DNA of 32,000 nucleotides from Acidothermus cellulolyticus 11B (GCF_000015025.1 NC_008578.1:300001-332000); one strand, 5' to 3'. Positions 1-8,208 are shown, numbered from the stretch's first letter. The notes: generated by a model not told the origin, from the letters alone. Numbers and translations are program-made.

Positions 1-785
1 GGGTTCCGTTCCATTGGTGGACGCCGGACGTCTACCAAGGCGCTCCCACACCGATCACTGCGTTCATGGCCGCCGGGACGAAGGTCGCGGCGTTCGGCGC
101 GTTGCTCCGGGTGTTCTTTGTCGCGTTCGGCGGCCTGGCATGGGACTGGCGCCCGGTGATCTGGGGCGTGGCGATCGCGACGATGGTGGTCGGCGCGATC
201 CTCGGTATCACCCAGACCGACGTCAAGCGGCTGCTCGCGTACTCCTCCATCGCGCACGCGGGATTCGTGCTCACGGCGTTCGCCGCCACGACCCGGGCCA
301 GCGAATCGAGCGTCCTCTTCTACCTGGTGGCGTACGGCTTCATGACGATCGGCGCCTTTGCCATTGTGATCTTGGTGCGAGATGGTGATGGTGAGGCGAA
401 TCACCTCTCCCGTTGGGTCGGCCTCGGCCGGCGTTCCCCGCTGGTGGCCGGCATTTTCGCCCTGTTCCTCCTCGCCATGGCCGGGCTGCCCCCGACCAGC
501 GGTCTGTGGGCGAAGGTGGCGGTCTTCACGGCTGCCTACCAGGGAGGCGCCGGACCGCTGGTGATCGTTGGTGTGCTCGCCAGCGCCGTCACCGCCTACT
601 ACTACCTGCGAATCATCGTCTTGATGTTCGCGCAGGAGCCTGCGGTCGAGGGGCCGACCGTCGCGGTGCCCGGCGCGTTGGCCTCGGCGGCGATCGCTCT
701 CGGCGTCATCGTTACCGTGGTGCTGGGAATCGTGCCGCAGCCGGTACTGGATCTCGCGGACAAGGCGGTGCCGTTCCTGCGCTGA
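1..785 (+). CDS. nuoN: NADH-quinone oxidoreductase subunit N, C-terminal part (5' end outside window)
   Basis: Frame 3 is open from the window edge. It translates to VPFHWWTPDVYQGAPTPITAFMAAGTKVAAF..., the conserved NuoN/ND2 motif, followed by several hydrophobic helices. TGA stop at 783-785. Confidence 0.9.
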   Translation, partial: VPFHWWTPDVYQGAPTPITAFMAAGTKVAAFGALLRVFFVAFGGLAWDWRPVIWGVAIATMVVGAILGITQTDVKRLLAYSSIAHAGFVLTAFAATTRASESSVLFYLVAYGFMTIGAFAIVILVRDGDGEANHLSRWVGLGRRSPLVAGIFALFLLAMAGLPPTSGLWAKVAVFTAAYQGGAGPLVIVGVLASAVTAYYYLRIIVLMFAQEPAVEGPTVAVPGALASAAIALGVIVTVVLGIVPQPVLDLADKAVPFLR

Positions 786-820
786 TCCGTGCCGATGACG
801 CCTGGGAGACGCCGATCCGC

Positions 821-1870
821 ATGACGCAGAGCACCGGTATGACCGGTTTGGACATCGGCGCAAGCACCGGGCCGGCGGAGGCCGGCCTCAGTATGGTGAT
901 CCCGGACGCCGGCCTCCGTACCCGGGTGCGCGACGGGTTGGAGGCGGTCGAGACCCTGCTGCGTCAGGCGGTACGGTCCAGCGGCTATCCGTTCTTGACC
1001 GAAACGTCCCGGCACCTGGTCGAGGCCGGCGGTAAGCGGTTCCGGCCGCTGCTGGTGCTGCTTGCCGCTGAGTACGGCGACCCGACCGCACCCGGCGTCG
1101 TTCCGGCTGCCGCGGTCGTCGAGCTCACCCACCTGGCCACGCTGTACCACGACGACGTGATGGACGAGGCGGTGGTACGGCGCGGCACGGCCAGCGCCAA
1201 TGCCCGCTGGTCCAACACGATCGCGATCCTCACCGGCGATTTTCTCTTCTCCCGCGCCTCTGATCTGTTAGCCGATCTTGGTCCGGAGGCGGTGCGCATC
1301 CAGGCTCGCACGTTCGAACGTCTCGTGCAGGGCCAGATCCGGGAGACGCTCGGGCCGGAGGAGGGGGTTGATCCGGTCGAGCATTACCTGCGGGTTGTCG
1401 CGGACAAGACCGGCTCGCTCATCGCGACCGCGGCGAGGTTCGGGGCGATGTTCTCCGGGGCGCCCGCCTGGATCGTCGACGTGATGGTCACCTACGGGGA
1501 ACGGATCGGCACGGCGTTTCAGCTCTCCGACGACCTGCTTGACGTCATGAGTGATTCGACGGAATCCGGAAAGGCTCCGGGCACCGATTTGCGGGAGGGC
1601 GTGCGGACCCTGCCCGTGCTGCACGTTCTGCGGTCGATGGGACCGTCCGACGGCCGGCTCCGCGAGCTGCTGAACGGGGATCTGACCGACGACGAGCGGC
1701 ATCGGGAGACCCTCGCATTGCTCCGCGCCCATCCGGCGATGGAACGGGCCCGGGCTGACCTTCGGCGCTGGGTCAGCGAGGCGCGGGCCGCGCTGGAGCC
1801 GTTACCTGACCAGCCCGCGACGCAGGCGCTGCAGCGATTGTGTGACTTTGTCCTCGCCCGCACCGGATGA
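821..1870 (+). CDS. trans-polyprenyl (heptaprenyl-type, GrcC1/HepT-like) diphosphate synthase
   Basis: Two Asp-rich motifs are present (LYHDDVMDE and FQLSDDLLD), plus GKRFRP and KTGSLI. The track ORF 413..1870 overlaps nuoN, so the start is taken as the first ATG after the nuoN stop (821). ATG 839 or 893 remain possible. Confidence 0.88.
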   Translation: MTQSTGMTGLDIGASTGPAEAGLSMVIPDAGLRTRVRDGLEAVETLLRQAVRSSGYPFLTETSRHLVEAGGKRFRPLLVLLAAEYGDPTAPGVVPAAAVVELTHLATLYHDDVMDEAVVRRGTASANARWSNTIAILTGDFLFSRASDLLADLGPEAVRIQARTFERLVQGQIRETLGPEEGVDPVEHYLRVVADKTGSLIATAARFGAMFSGAPAWIVDVMVTYGERIGTAFQLSDDLLDVMSDSTESGKAPGTDLREGVRTLPVLHVLRSMGPSDGRLRELLNGDLTDDERHRETLALLRAHPAMERARADLRRWVSEARAALEPLPDQPATQALQRLCDFVLARTG

Positions 1871-1924
1871 GCCGGACCGCGCGCAGCACCGCCGGAGGAC
1901 AGCCGTGACTACCCGCCCGCCGAG

Positions 1925-3112
1925 CTAGACCTGACTGCCGGGGGTGGACGGGGAACTGCTTGGCGGGCTGAGGATCGGCCCGCCGCCGGTGCCTGGTTTC
2001 CCGGCGGCGGCTTCCCGCAGGTAAACAGTGGCTTTCTGCCCGAGTTGGATCGCCTCGTTCTGCACGGCCTGCCGGTCCGAGCCGTACACGTACACGCCGG
2101 CGAAGTAATCGCCGTCGAATTGATACACGGCGGTTGTCCAGAGTGAGATCGCAGCACCGAGGTCGGCGTACCGCGCGGCGAACGTAAGCACCGTCGCGTT
2201 ATTCGCCAATCCGGTGACGCCGGTGACGTGAGTGATCTGCGTCACCGTCTCGTTGCCGTCCCGGAAACTCGGCGGACAGGTCGCGATCGCCTTCTGCAAT
2301 TCGGCGGCGGCAAGTTGGGTCGCCCCCGGTTGGTATTTGACGAATTCTTCGCTTACCGCGACTGCTCCGCCTTCATAACGCACTTGCACGCGTTGGGTTC
2401 GCTTGCGCTCACTGGTGTACGAGTAATTGCAGAAATCGAGTGTCGGCTGGGTCACCGCGTCCCGTCCGCCGGGGATGAGGACGATCCGCACATCCGGTCC
2501 GATTGCTGATGCCGGGAGCAGGTAGCCGTCCAACGGTCCGGTTGTCACCTGAGCCGGCGTGGTGGGCGGCGCGGACGGCGCTGTCGTGCCGCCGGGTTGC
2601 TGAGCCGGTGGTGTGCCCTGAGCCGACGGCGCAGGGTGCGCGGTGCTGTGGGAGTGGTGATTGGCGACGAAGGCGAAAGCAGCCGCAGCGACGACGATGA
2701 GAGCAGCGACGACGGCGAAGATGAGCATCAGCGGCCGGCGCGGCGGCGACGGCGAGGCGAGGGTGTCGAGCGGCGGTCCGGTCTGGTCGCTCGCGCCGAA
2801 GGAACCGGCCGCCCACCCGGTCGGCCACGTGCCGTAACCGTCGAACGCGCGCGGCTCTGCGCCGCCGGTTTGGCTTGCGGTATCGTCCGGCCGCCACGCA
2901 GGTGAGGGTGAGGCCCACGCCGGTTTGGACCAGCCGGCGGAACCGCCATCCGCCGGATATTGTCCGCCGGAGGACGCCGGAGTTTGCCTGGCGGGAGACG
3001 CCGGAGTTTGCCTGGCGGGAGACGCCGGGCCGACGCCGGGAAATGCGGCCCCGACGTCGGGTCCGGGTGGTCCGGACGCCGGCCCGTCCGGCGTACGGTC
3101 CTCGTCGGTCAC
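1925..3112 (-). CDS. hypothetical membrane-anchored protein (Pro-rich N-terminal region, one TM helix, about 200-aa C-terminal domain with 2 Cys)
   Basis: 395-codon ORF. Its GTG start (3112-3110) overlaps the korB TGA stop as GTGA. One predicted TM helix (LMLIFAVVAALIVVAAAAFAFV) is followed by a Pro/Thr/Ala linker and a non-repetitive domain containing DFCNYSY and ATCPPSF. No family recognised by eye. Confidence 0.65.
   Translation of the reverse strand: MTDEDRTPDGPASGPPGPDVGAAFPGVGPASPARQTPASPARQTPASSGGQYPADGGSAGWSKPAWASPSPAWRPDDTASQTGGAEPRAFDGYGTWPTGWAAGSFGASDQTGPPLDTLASPSPPRRPLMLIFAVVAALIVVAAAAFAFVANHHSHSTAHPAPSAQGTPPAQQPGGTTAPSAPPTTPAQVTTGPLDGYLLPASAIGPDVRIVLIPGGRDAVTQPTLDFCNYSYTSERKRTQRVQVRYEGGAVAVSEEFVKYQPGATQLAAAELQKAIATCPPSFRDGNETVTQITHVTGVTGLANNATVLTFAARYADLGAAISLWTTAVYQFDGDYFAGVYVYGSDRQAVQNEAIQLGQKATVYLREAAAGKPGTGGGPILSPPSSSPSTPGSQV
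2973..3020. repeat. perfect 24-bp tandem duplication inside the hypothetical CDS (encodes PASPARQT twice)
   Basis: gacgccggagtttgcctggcggga occurs at 2973-2996 and again at 2997-3020. The first 8 nt recur a third time at 3021-3028. Confidence 0.95.
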
Positions 3113-4194
3113 CGGATCGTCCAGGTGTCCCCGCCGGCGATCAGGGCAGCCAGATCGCCCGGTCCTTGCGTCGCGACCGCCCGTTCAATCTGGTCGCTGA
3201 GCATGTCCTCGTACACGGGCCGGCCCACGTCCCGGAAGACGCCGATCGGGGTCATTGCCAGGTCGGGTTGTGCGAGTCGGGAGAGGGCGAAGGCCAGCAC
3301 GGGGTCGGGTGTGTGCGCATCATGGACGATCACCCGGGGGTCGTCGCCATCGCAGACTTCCAGCGTGCCGTGGTCGGACCAGCGGATGCCCTTCGCGCCG
3401 TTCCTACCGAATCGGATCAGAGCGCCGTGCTCCAACCGGATGAGGTAGTCGTCGCGGGTGTCCGGTGCTTTGAGGACTTCGAACGCGTTGTCGTTGAAGA
3501 TGTTGCAGTTCTGGTAAATCTCAACGAACGACGCGCCGCGGTGGTTGACCGCCGCGCGGAGGACCTCGGTGAGGTGTTTGCGGTCGGAGTCAATGGTGCG
3601 GGCGACGAAGGTCGCTTCCGCGCCGAGGGCGAGGGAGACCGGATTGAACGGGAAGTCCAGCGAGCCCATCGGCGTGGATTTCGTGATTTTTCCAAGCTCG
3701 GACGTCGGCGAGTACTGGCCTTTCGTCAACCCGTAAATCCGGTTGTTGAACAGCAGGATCGTCAGGTTGATGTTACGGCGCAGCGCATGAATGAGATGGT
3801 TTCCGCCGATCGAGAGCGCGTCGCCGTCCCCGGTGACGACGAAGACCGCGAGATCCGGGCGGGTTACCGCAAGACCGGTGGCAATCGCCGGCGCACGGCC
3901 GTGGATGGAGTGCATGCCGTACGTCTCGACGTAGTACGGGAAGCGGGAGGAACATCCAATGCCGGAAATGAAGACGATGTTCTCCCGGGGCACGCCGAGC
4001 TCGGGGAGAAATCCTTGGACGGCGGCCAGGATGGCGTAGTCACCGCAACCGGGGCACCACCGCACCTCCTGGTCGGATTTGAAGTCCTTGGCGGCAAGGG
4101 TCGCCGTGCCGACGGGCACCGTGGCGAGTCCGCTGGTCCGTTCGGCGCGGGGTGACCCGTTGGCGGCTGCTGCTGCGGCGTTCTTCAGTGTCAT
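3109..4194 (-). CDS. korB: 2-oxoglutarate:ferredoxin oxidoreductase, beta subunit (TPP-binding)
   Basis: Translation starts MTLKNAAAA... and contains WCPGCGDY, GIGCSSRFPYY and TGDGDALSIGGNH (TPP motif). ATG 4194-4192 overlaps the korA TGA stop as ATGA. The longer track ORF (to 4692) lies inside korA and is rejected. Confidence 0.93.
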   Translation of the reverse strand: MTLKNAAAAAANGSPRAERTSGLATVPVGTATLAAKDFKSDQEVRWCPGCGDYAILAAVQGFLPELGVPRENIVFISGIGCSSRFPYYVETYGMHSIHGRAPAIATGLAVTRPDLAVFVVTGDGDALSIGGNHLIHALRRNINLTILLFNNRIYGLTKGQYSPTSELGKITKSTPMGSLDFPFNPVSLALGAEATFVARTIDSDRKHLTEVLRAAVNHRGASFVEIYQNCNIFNDNAFEVLKAPDTRDDYLIRLEHGALIRFGRNGAKGIRWSDHGTLEVCDGDDPRVIVHDAHTPDPVLAFALSRLAQPDLAMTPIGVFRDVGRPVYEDMLSDQIERAVATQGPGDLAALIAGGDTWTIR

Positions 4195-6062
4195 TGCTGC
4201 ATGCTTTCGATCGTCGCGGTGATGACGTCGGCGAGTTCCGCGGCCTTGAAGGGGAGTCCGCGGACCCGGTCGTAGGAGATGGCGTCGACGAGGAACTTCC
4301 CCCGGATGAGGAGCGCGAGCTGGCCGAGGTTCATCTCGGGGATGAGGACCTTGCGGTAACGGGCGAGCACCTCGCCGGTGTTCGCCGGGAACGGGTTGAG
4401 ATAACGCAGGTGTGCCTGTGCCACCCGCAGCCCGTTCGCCCGTACCCGGCGGCAGGCGGCACCGATCGGGCCGTAGGTGGATCCCCACCCCAGCACGAGG
4501 AGTTCGGCCTCGCCGTCCGGATCGTCCACCTCGAGCGGGGGAATGTCCCGGGCGATGCCGTCGATTTTCGCCTGGCGGAGCCGGACCATCCGGTCGTGAT
4601 TCTCGGGGTCGTAGGAAATCGCGCCGGATCCGTCGGATTTCTCCAATCCGCCGATCCGGTGTTCGAGACCGGGCGTGCCGGGGAGCGCCCATGCCCGGGC
4701 AAGAGTCTCCGGATCCCGCACGTACGGCCAGAAGTGGCGGCTTCCGTCCTCGGCCACGTGGTTGGGTTCGGTGGCGAAATCCACCCGCAGGTCGGGGAGT
4801 TGCGACACGTCAGGCAGCAGCCACGGTTCGGATCCGTTCGCGAGGTACCCGTCGGAGAGCAGGAACACCGGGGTGCGGTACTTGGTCGCAATGCGGGCGG
4901 CTTCGATGGCCATCGCGAAGCAATCGCACGGCGACCGTGGTGCGACGATGGCCACCGGCGCTTCCCCGTTGCGGCCGAACATTGCCTGCAGCAGATCGGC
5001 CTGCTCGGTTTTGGTGGGGAGGCCGGTGGACGGACCGCCGCGCTGGATGTCACAAATGATGAGCGGCAGTTCCAGCATCACGGCAAGGCCGATCGCCTCA
5101 CTCTTCAACGCAACGCCGGGACCCGAGGTCGTCGTCACCCCGAGCGATCCGCCGAACGATGCGCCGATCGCCGCGGTCACTCCGGCGATTTCGTCCTCGG
5201 CTTGGAAGGTGCGCACACCGAAGTTCTTGTGCTTGGCGAGTTCGTGCAGGATGTCGGACGCCGGTGTGATGGGGTACGAGCCGAGGAAGAGCGGCATCCC
5301 GGTGGCCTTGGACGCTGCGATGAGCCCGTAGGCGAGGGCCAAATTCCCGGAAATGTTGCGGTACGTGCCAGGCTGCAAAGCCGCCGGTTTGACTTCGTAC
5401 GAGACGGCGAACAGTTCGGTTGTCTCGCCGAAGTGGTATCCGGCTTGAAACGCGGCGATATTCGCCTTGGCGATTTCCGGGTTCTTGGCGAACTTCTTCT
5501 CCAGGAACGCCAGGGTGGATTCGGTCGGCCGGTGGTACATCCACGACAGCAGCCCGAGCGCGAACATGTTCTTCGCCCGCTCGGCGTCCTTCTTCGAGAT
5601 GTCGAAGTCTTTGAGCGCTTCGACCGTCATCGACGTGAGCGGAATCGCGGTGACCCGGTAGTCGGCGAGTGAACCGTCGTCCAGCGGATTGCTGGTGTAC
5701 CCCACCCGCTGGCATGCGCGCGGGGTGAATTCGTCGGAATTGACGATGATCTGCGCGCCGCGCGGCAGATCCTTGACGTTTGCTTTGAGCGCCGCCGGGT
5801 TCATCGCGACGAGCACATTCGGCGCGTCGCCGGGGGTCATGATGTCGTGGTCGGCGAAGTGCACCTGGAACGACGACACGCCCGGCAGGGTGCCGGCCGG
5901 CGCGCGGATTTCCGCGGGGAAATTCGGCAGGGTCGACAGGTCGTTGCCGAATTCAGCGGTCTCCGACGTGAACCGGTCGCCGGTGAGTTGCATTCCATCG
6001 CCGGAGTCGCCCGCGAATCGGATGATGACGCGATCGACTTGGCGGACTTCCTTGGTGGGCAC
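4191..6062 (-). CDS. korA: 2-oxoglutarate:ferredoxin oxidoreductase, alpha subunit
   Basis: 623 aa, with VIIRFAGDSGDGMQLTG and GSYPITPASDILHE typical of KorA/OFOR alpha subunits. GTG start at 6062 is preceded by AAGGAGG (minus strand, 6075-6069). Confidence 0.95.
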   Translation of the reverse strand: MPTKEVRQVDRVIIRFAGDSGDGMQLTGDRFTSETAEFGNDLSTLPNFPAEIRAPAGTLPGVSSFQVHFADHDIMTPGDAPNVLVAMNPAALKANVKDLPRGAQIIVNSDEFTPRACQRVGYTSNPLDDGSLADYRVTAIPLTSMTVEALKDFDISKKDAERAKNMFALGLLSWMYHRPTESTLAFLEKKFAKNPEIAKANIAAFQAGYHFGETTELFAVSYEVKPAALQPGTYRNISGNLALAYGLIAASKATGMPLFLGSYPITPASDILHELAKHKNFGVRTFQAEDEIAGVTAAIGASFGGSLGVTTTSGPGVALKSEAIGLAVMLELPLIICDIQRGGPSTGLPTKTEQADLLQAMFGRNGEAPVAIVAPRSPCDCFAMAIEAARIATKYRTPVFLLSDGYLANGSEPWLLPDVSQLPDLRVDFATEPNHVAEDGSRHFWPYVRDPETLARAWALPGTPGLEHRIGGLEKSDGSGAISYDPENHDRMVRLRQAKIDGIARDIPPLEVDDPDGEAELLVLGWGSTYGPIGAACRRVRANGLRVAQAHLRYLNPFPANTGEVLARYRKVLIPEMNLGQLALLIRGKFLVDAISYDRVRGLPFKAAELADVITATIESMQQ

Positions 6063-6115
6063 CCCTAACCTCCTTGCCGCCTACCGGCGACTGTCGCTTC
6101 CCATCGTACGGCGCG

Positions 6116-6958
6116 TCACCGAGCCGCTTGATCCACTGGCGTGCCGTGCGGTCCGTCGGCGGCGGCGTCCCGCGTCAGGGTGATCGCGCTGCCGAGGGCG
6201 ACGACGAATCCGATCGCTGTCGGGACGACGAATCCGCGGCGGGTTTCGTCGCCGAGCACCGCGAGACCGACCGCCGAGGCGGTGAGTGTTTCGACGGCGA
6301 AGACGACCGCGGTGACAAGGGTGACCGCCGCATGCCGTAATGCAGCGGCGAAGAGCAGCATGCCCATCGCGCCGGATGCGATGAGCACGTACGCCGGCAG
6401 CGAGGTGAGCGCGGCGCCGAGGGTGTGGACGCCGGAGAGCATCCGGGCGGCGATGCCGGTGGCGGCGAAGGCAAGACCCGCTGTTCCGGCGAGCAGACCG
6501 GCGGGTGCGCGCCGCATCCCGAGCAGGAGGGCGGCGGCGATGAGGAGAACTGCAGCGGCCAGGGCGAACCATCCTTGGGTGGCCCGCGGAGTCGGGGCGG
6601 CGGGACCGGGACGGGCGCCGGCGGCGAGCAGGATGAGGCCGACGGTGAGGGTGGTGAGCGCGGCTGCGCTGCCGGGACGCAGCCGCGTCTTGAAGACCGG
6701 TCGGCTCAACAGGGCGGTGACGCCGACACTTGCGGTCGCGGCGCACTGGACGAGGAAGAGCGGGAGCCAGCGCAGGGCACCCACCATGCAGACGAAGCCG
6801 AGGAGGTCGAGGGCGGTGCCGGCGAGGTATTGGGGGGCGATGACGGCGCGCAGAGGGGATCCGGCTCGGTCGGCGCGGACGGCGAGGGCTTGCAGGATGG
6901 ACGCCGTCCCGGTGGTGACCGCGGTGCCGAGGGCGAGGAGGATGCCGAGCAGGAACAC
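6116..6958 (-). CDS. integral membrane protein, DMT/EamA-like (putative)
   Basis: 280 aa with about 9-10 hydrophobic segments and strong third-position GC in this frame. The C-terminal half ends with ...AVGLAVLGDE, resembling the end of an EamA repeat. Family assignment is by eye only. The GTG start has no clear SD. Confidence 0.65.
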   Translation of the reverse strand: MFLLGILLALGTAVTTGTASILQALAVRADRAGSPLRAVIAPQYLAGTALDLLGFVCMVGALRWLPLFLVQCAATASVGVTALLSRPVFKTRLRPGSAAALTTLTVGLILLAAGARPGPAAPTPRATQGWFALAAAVLLIAAALLLGMRRAPAGLLAGTAGLAFAATGIAARMLSGVHTLGAALTSLPAYVLIASGAMGMLLFAAALRHAAVTLVTAVVFAVETLTASAVGLAVLGDETRRGFVVPTAIGFVVALGSAITLTRDAAADGPHGTPVDQAAR

Positions 6959-6968
6959 GTGATCGGGG

Positions 6969-7460
6969 CTAACGGTAGTTGGTGAACTGGAGGGCGATGT
7001 CGAGGTCTTTGGCTTTGAGCAGGGCGATGACGGCCTGCAGGTCGTCCTTCTTCTTACTGGAGACGCGGAGCTGATCGCCCTGGATCTGAGCGTGGACGCC
7101 GCGCGGCCCCTCGTCCTTGATGAGCGTGATGAGCCGGCGTGCCGTCTCGGTCGGAATACCCTGCTTGATCGTCACTGCGAGGCGGAACTCCTTGCCGGAT
7201 GGTTTCGGTTCGCCGACGTCGAGGAACTTCAGCGACACCCCCCGCTTGATCAGCATCTCTTTGAAGACGTCGAGCACCGCCAGGGTGCGGTCGGCGCTGT
7301 TCGCGCGGATTTCGACGCCGAGGTCGCCGGACCAGCGAATCTGCGCCCCGGTGTCCTTGAAGTCGAAGCGCTGCGCGATCTTCTTGGCGGTCTGGTTGAG
7401 CGCGTTGTCGACCTCCTGCCGGTCGGCCTTGCTCACCACATCGAACGATGACTCCGGCAC
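6969..7460 (-). CDS. yajQ: YajQ family (UPF0234) nucleotide-binding protein
   Basis: Translation (M)[36 protein letters not shown]...FTNYR matches the YajQ length (163 aa) and N-terminus. GTG at 7460-7458 is preceded by GGAGGGAG. The longer track ORF (to 7565) would run into tRNA-Tyr. Confidence 0.9.
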   Translation of the reverse strand: MPESSFDVVSKADRQEVDNALNQTAKKIAQRFDFKDTGAQIRWSGDLGVEIRANSADRTLAVLDVFKEMLIKRGVSLKFLDVGEPKPSGKEFRLAVTIKQGIPTETARRLITLIKDEGPRGVHAQIQGDQLRVSSKKKDDLQAVIALLKAKDLDIALQFTNYR

Positions 7461-7543
7461 GTTGGTGCTCCCTCCCGGTGGCCTCGCGGCGGCTGTGCGG
7501 CCTGCGCTATTCTCGCAATCCGAGGACGGCGAGCCGTCCGGCT

Positions 7544-7629
7544 GGCAGGTTGCCCGAGTGGCCAAAGGGAGCGGTCTGTAAAACCGTCGGCGAACGCCTA
7601 CCCAGGTTCGAATCCTGGACCTGCCACCA
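7544..7629 (+). tRNA. tRNA-Tyr (anticodon GTA), long variable arm, CCA encoded
   Basis: Hand-folded cloverleaf. Acceptor stem GGCAGGT/ACCTGCC, anticodon loop CTGTAAA, variable stem CGGCG/CGCC, T-arm CCAGG-TTCGAAT-CCTGG. Confidence 0.93.
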
Positions 7630-7885
7630 CGCTGACGCCTCGGGGTGTTGGTGCGGTTGGGGTGTTATGACCGGTGCGCTGGGTGCGGCGCGTCGTTGAC
7701 GCGTCGGCGTGATCGGTGCGTCGGGGTGCGTTCGAATCGGGACGGCGGTGTTCTTTATCCGTAAGCGCGGCGTACCTGCAGATTCCGTCCTTTGTGCGGG
7801 CGTACTTCGGCGTAGGTGGGCGTACTTCGGCGCGTTTAGCGAGGCCGTGAGATTGGTGTACGCGCTGTTCGCTGTGACGTACCTG

Positions 7886-7907
7886 GCCGGAAGTATCCGG
7901 CTGTTTT
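7886..7907 (+). terminator. terminator-like hairpin plus T-tract in the tRNA-Tyr/tRNA-Thr spacer
   Basis: GCCGGA-agta-TCCGGC (7886-7901) is followed by tgTTTTc. The stem is short (6 bp). Confidence 0.3.
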
Positions 7908-8089
7908 CAAAATTCCGCTGACTTTTTATCTGCGGCTGGGGGCTTGAATTCCGACATTTCAGGATGTCAACCCGTCGACCAAATCGCGGACGGCGCGTTC
8001 GCGGGGTCACCGCATGTGGTCCTCTGGCATTCGCGGAGTGCCGCGGATCGCTGATCGCGGTGTTGCAGCACCGCCACCCGGTCACTGCA

Positions 8090-8208
8090 CCGCCGTCCGC
8101 CCGGGCCGCCGCCTCTCGTCGTCCGGGCCGCTCCGCGACAGCCCGCCGTCCGCCCGACCCGTCGTCCGGGCCGCCGCCTCGTCGTCGTCCGGGCCGCTCC
8201 GCGACGGC
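8090..8208. repeat. imperfect tandem duplication (about 53 bp and about 66 bp copies), GC/Pro-codon-like, non-coding
   Basis: ccgccgtccgcccg...ggccgccgcctc..gtcgtccgggccgctccgcgac(a/g)gc is seen at 8090-8142 and 8143-8208. The second copy carries a 12-nt and a 1-nt insertion. The 11-mer ccgtccgcccg recurs at 8270-8280. Confidence 0.85.

Noticed and set aside
413-1870. N-terminally extended ORF calls in the track: 413 (prenyl synthase), 4692 (korB), 7565 (yajQ), 8668 (rpmG), 10497 (murB), 13418 (secE), 15161 (rplA), 16067 (rplJ), 17424 (rpoB), 25355 (rpsL), 25603 (rpsG), 30094 (rplC) and 31438 (rplW).
   Set aside because: The extensions overlap upstream genes or tRNAs, lack an SD, and add non-homologous residues ahead of canonical N-termini. 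Internal starts with SD signals or translational coupling were used instead.
6141-6962. 273-aa + strand ORF and 221-aa minus-strand ORF (6081..6746) overlapping the DMT-like membrane gene.
   Set aside because: Their translations are Arg/Ala/Pro-rich. Only the 6116..6958 minus frame gives coherent TM helices and strong third-position GC.
7965-7970. Perfect TTGACA -35 hexamer on the minus strand in the tRNA spacer.
   Set aside because: No TAnnnT -10 element lies 16-18 nt downstream on that strand, so an isolated hexamer is not enough to call a promoter.
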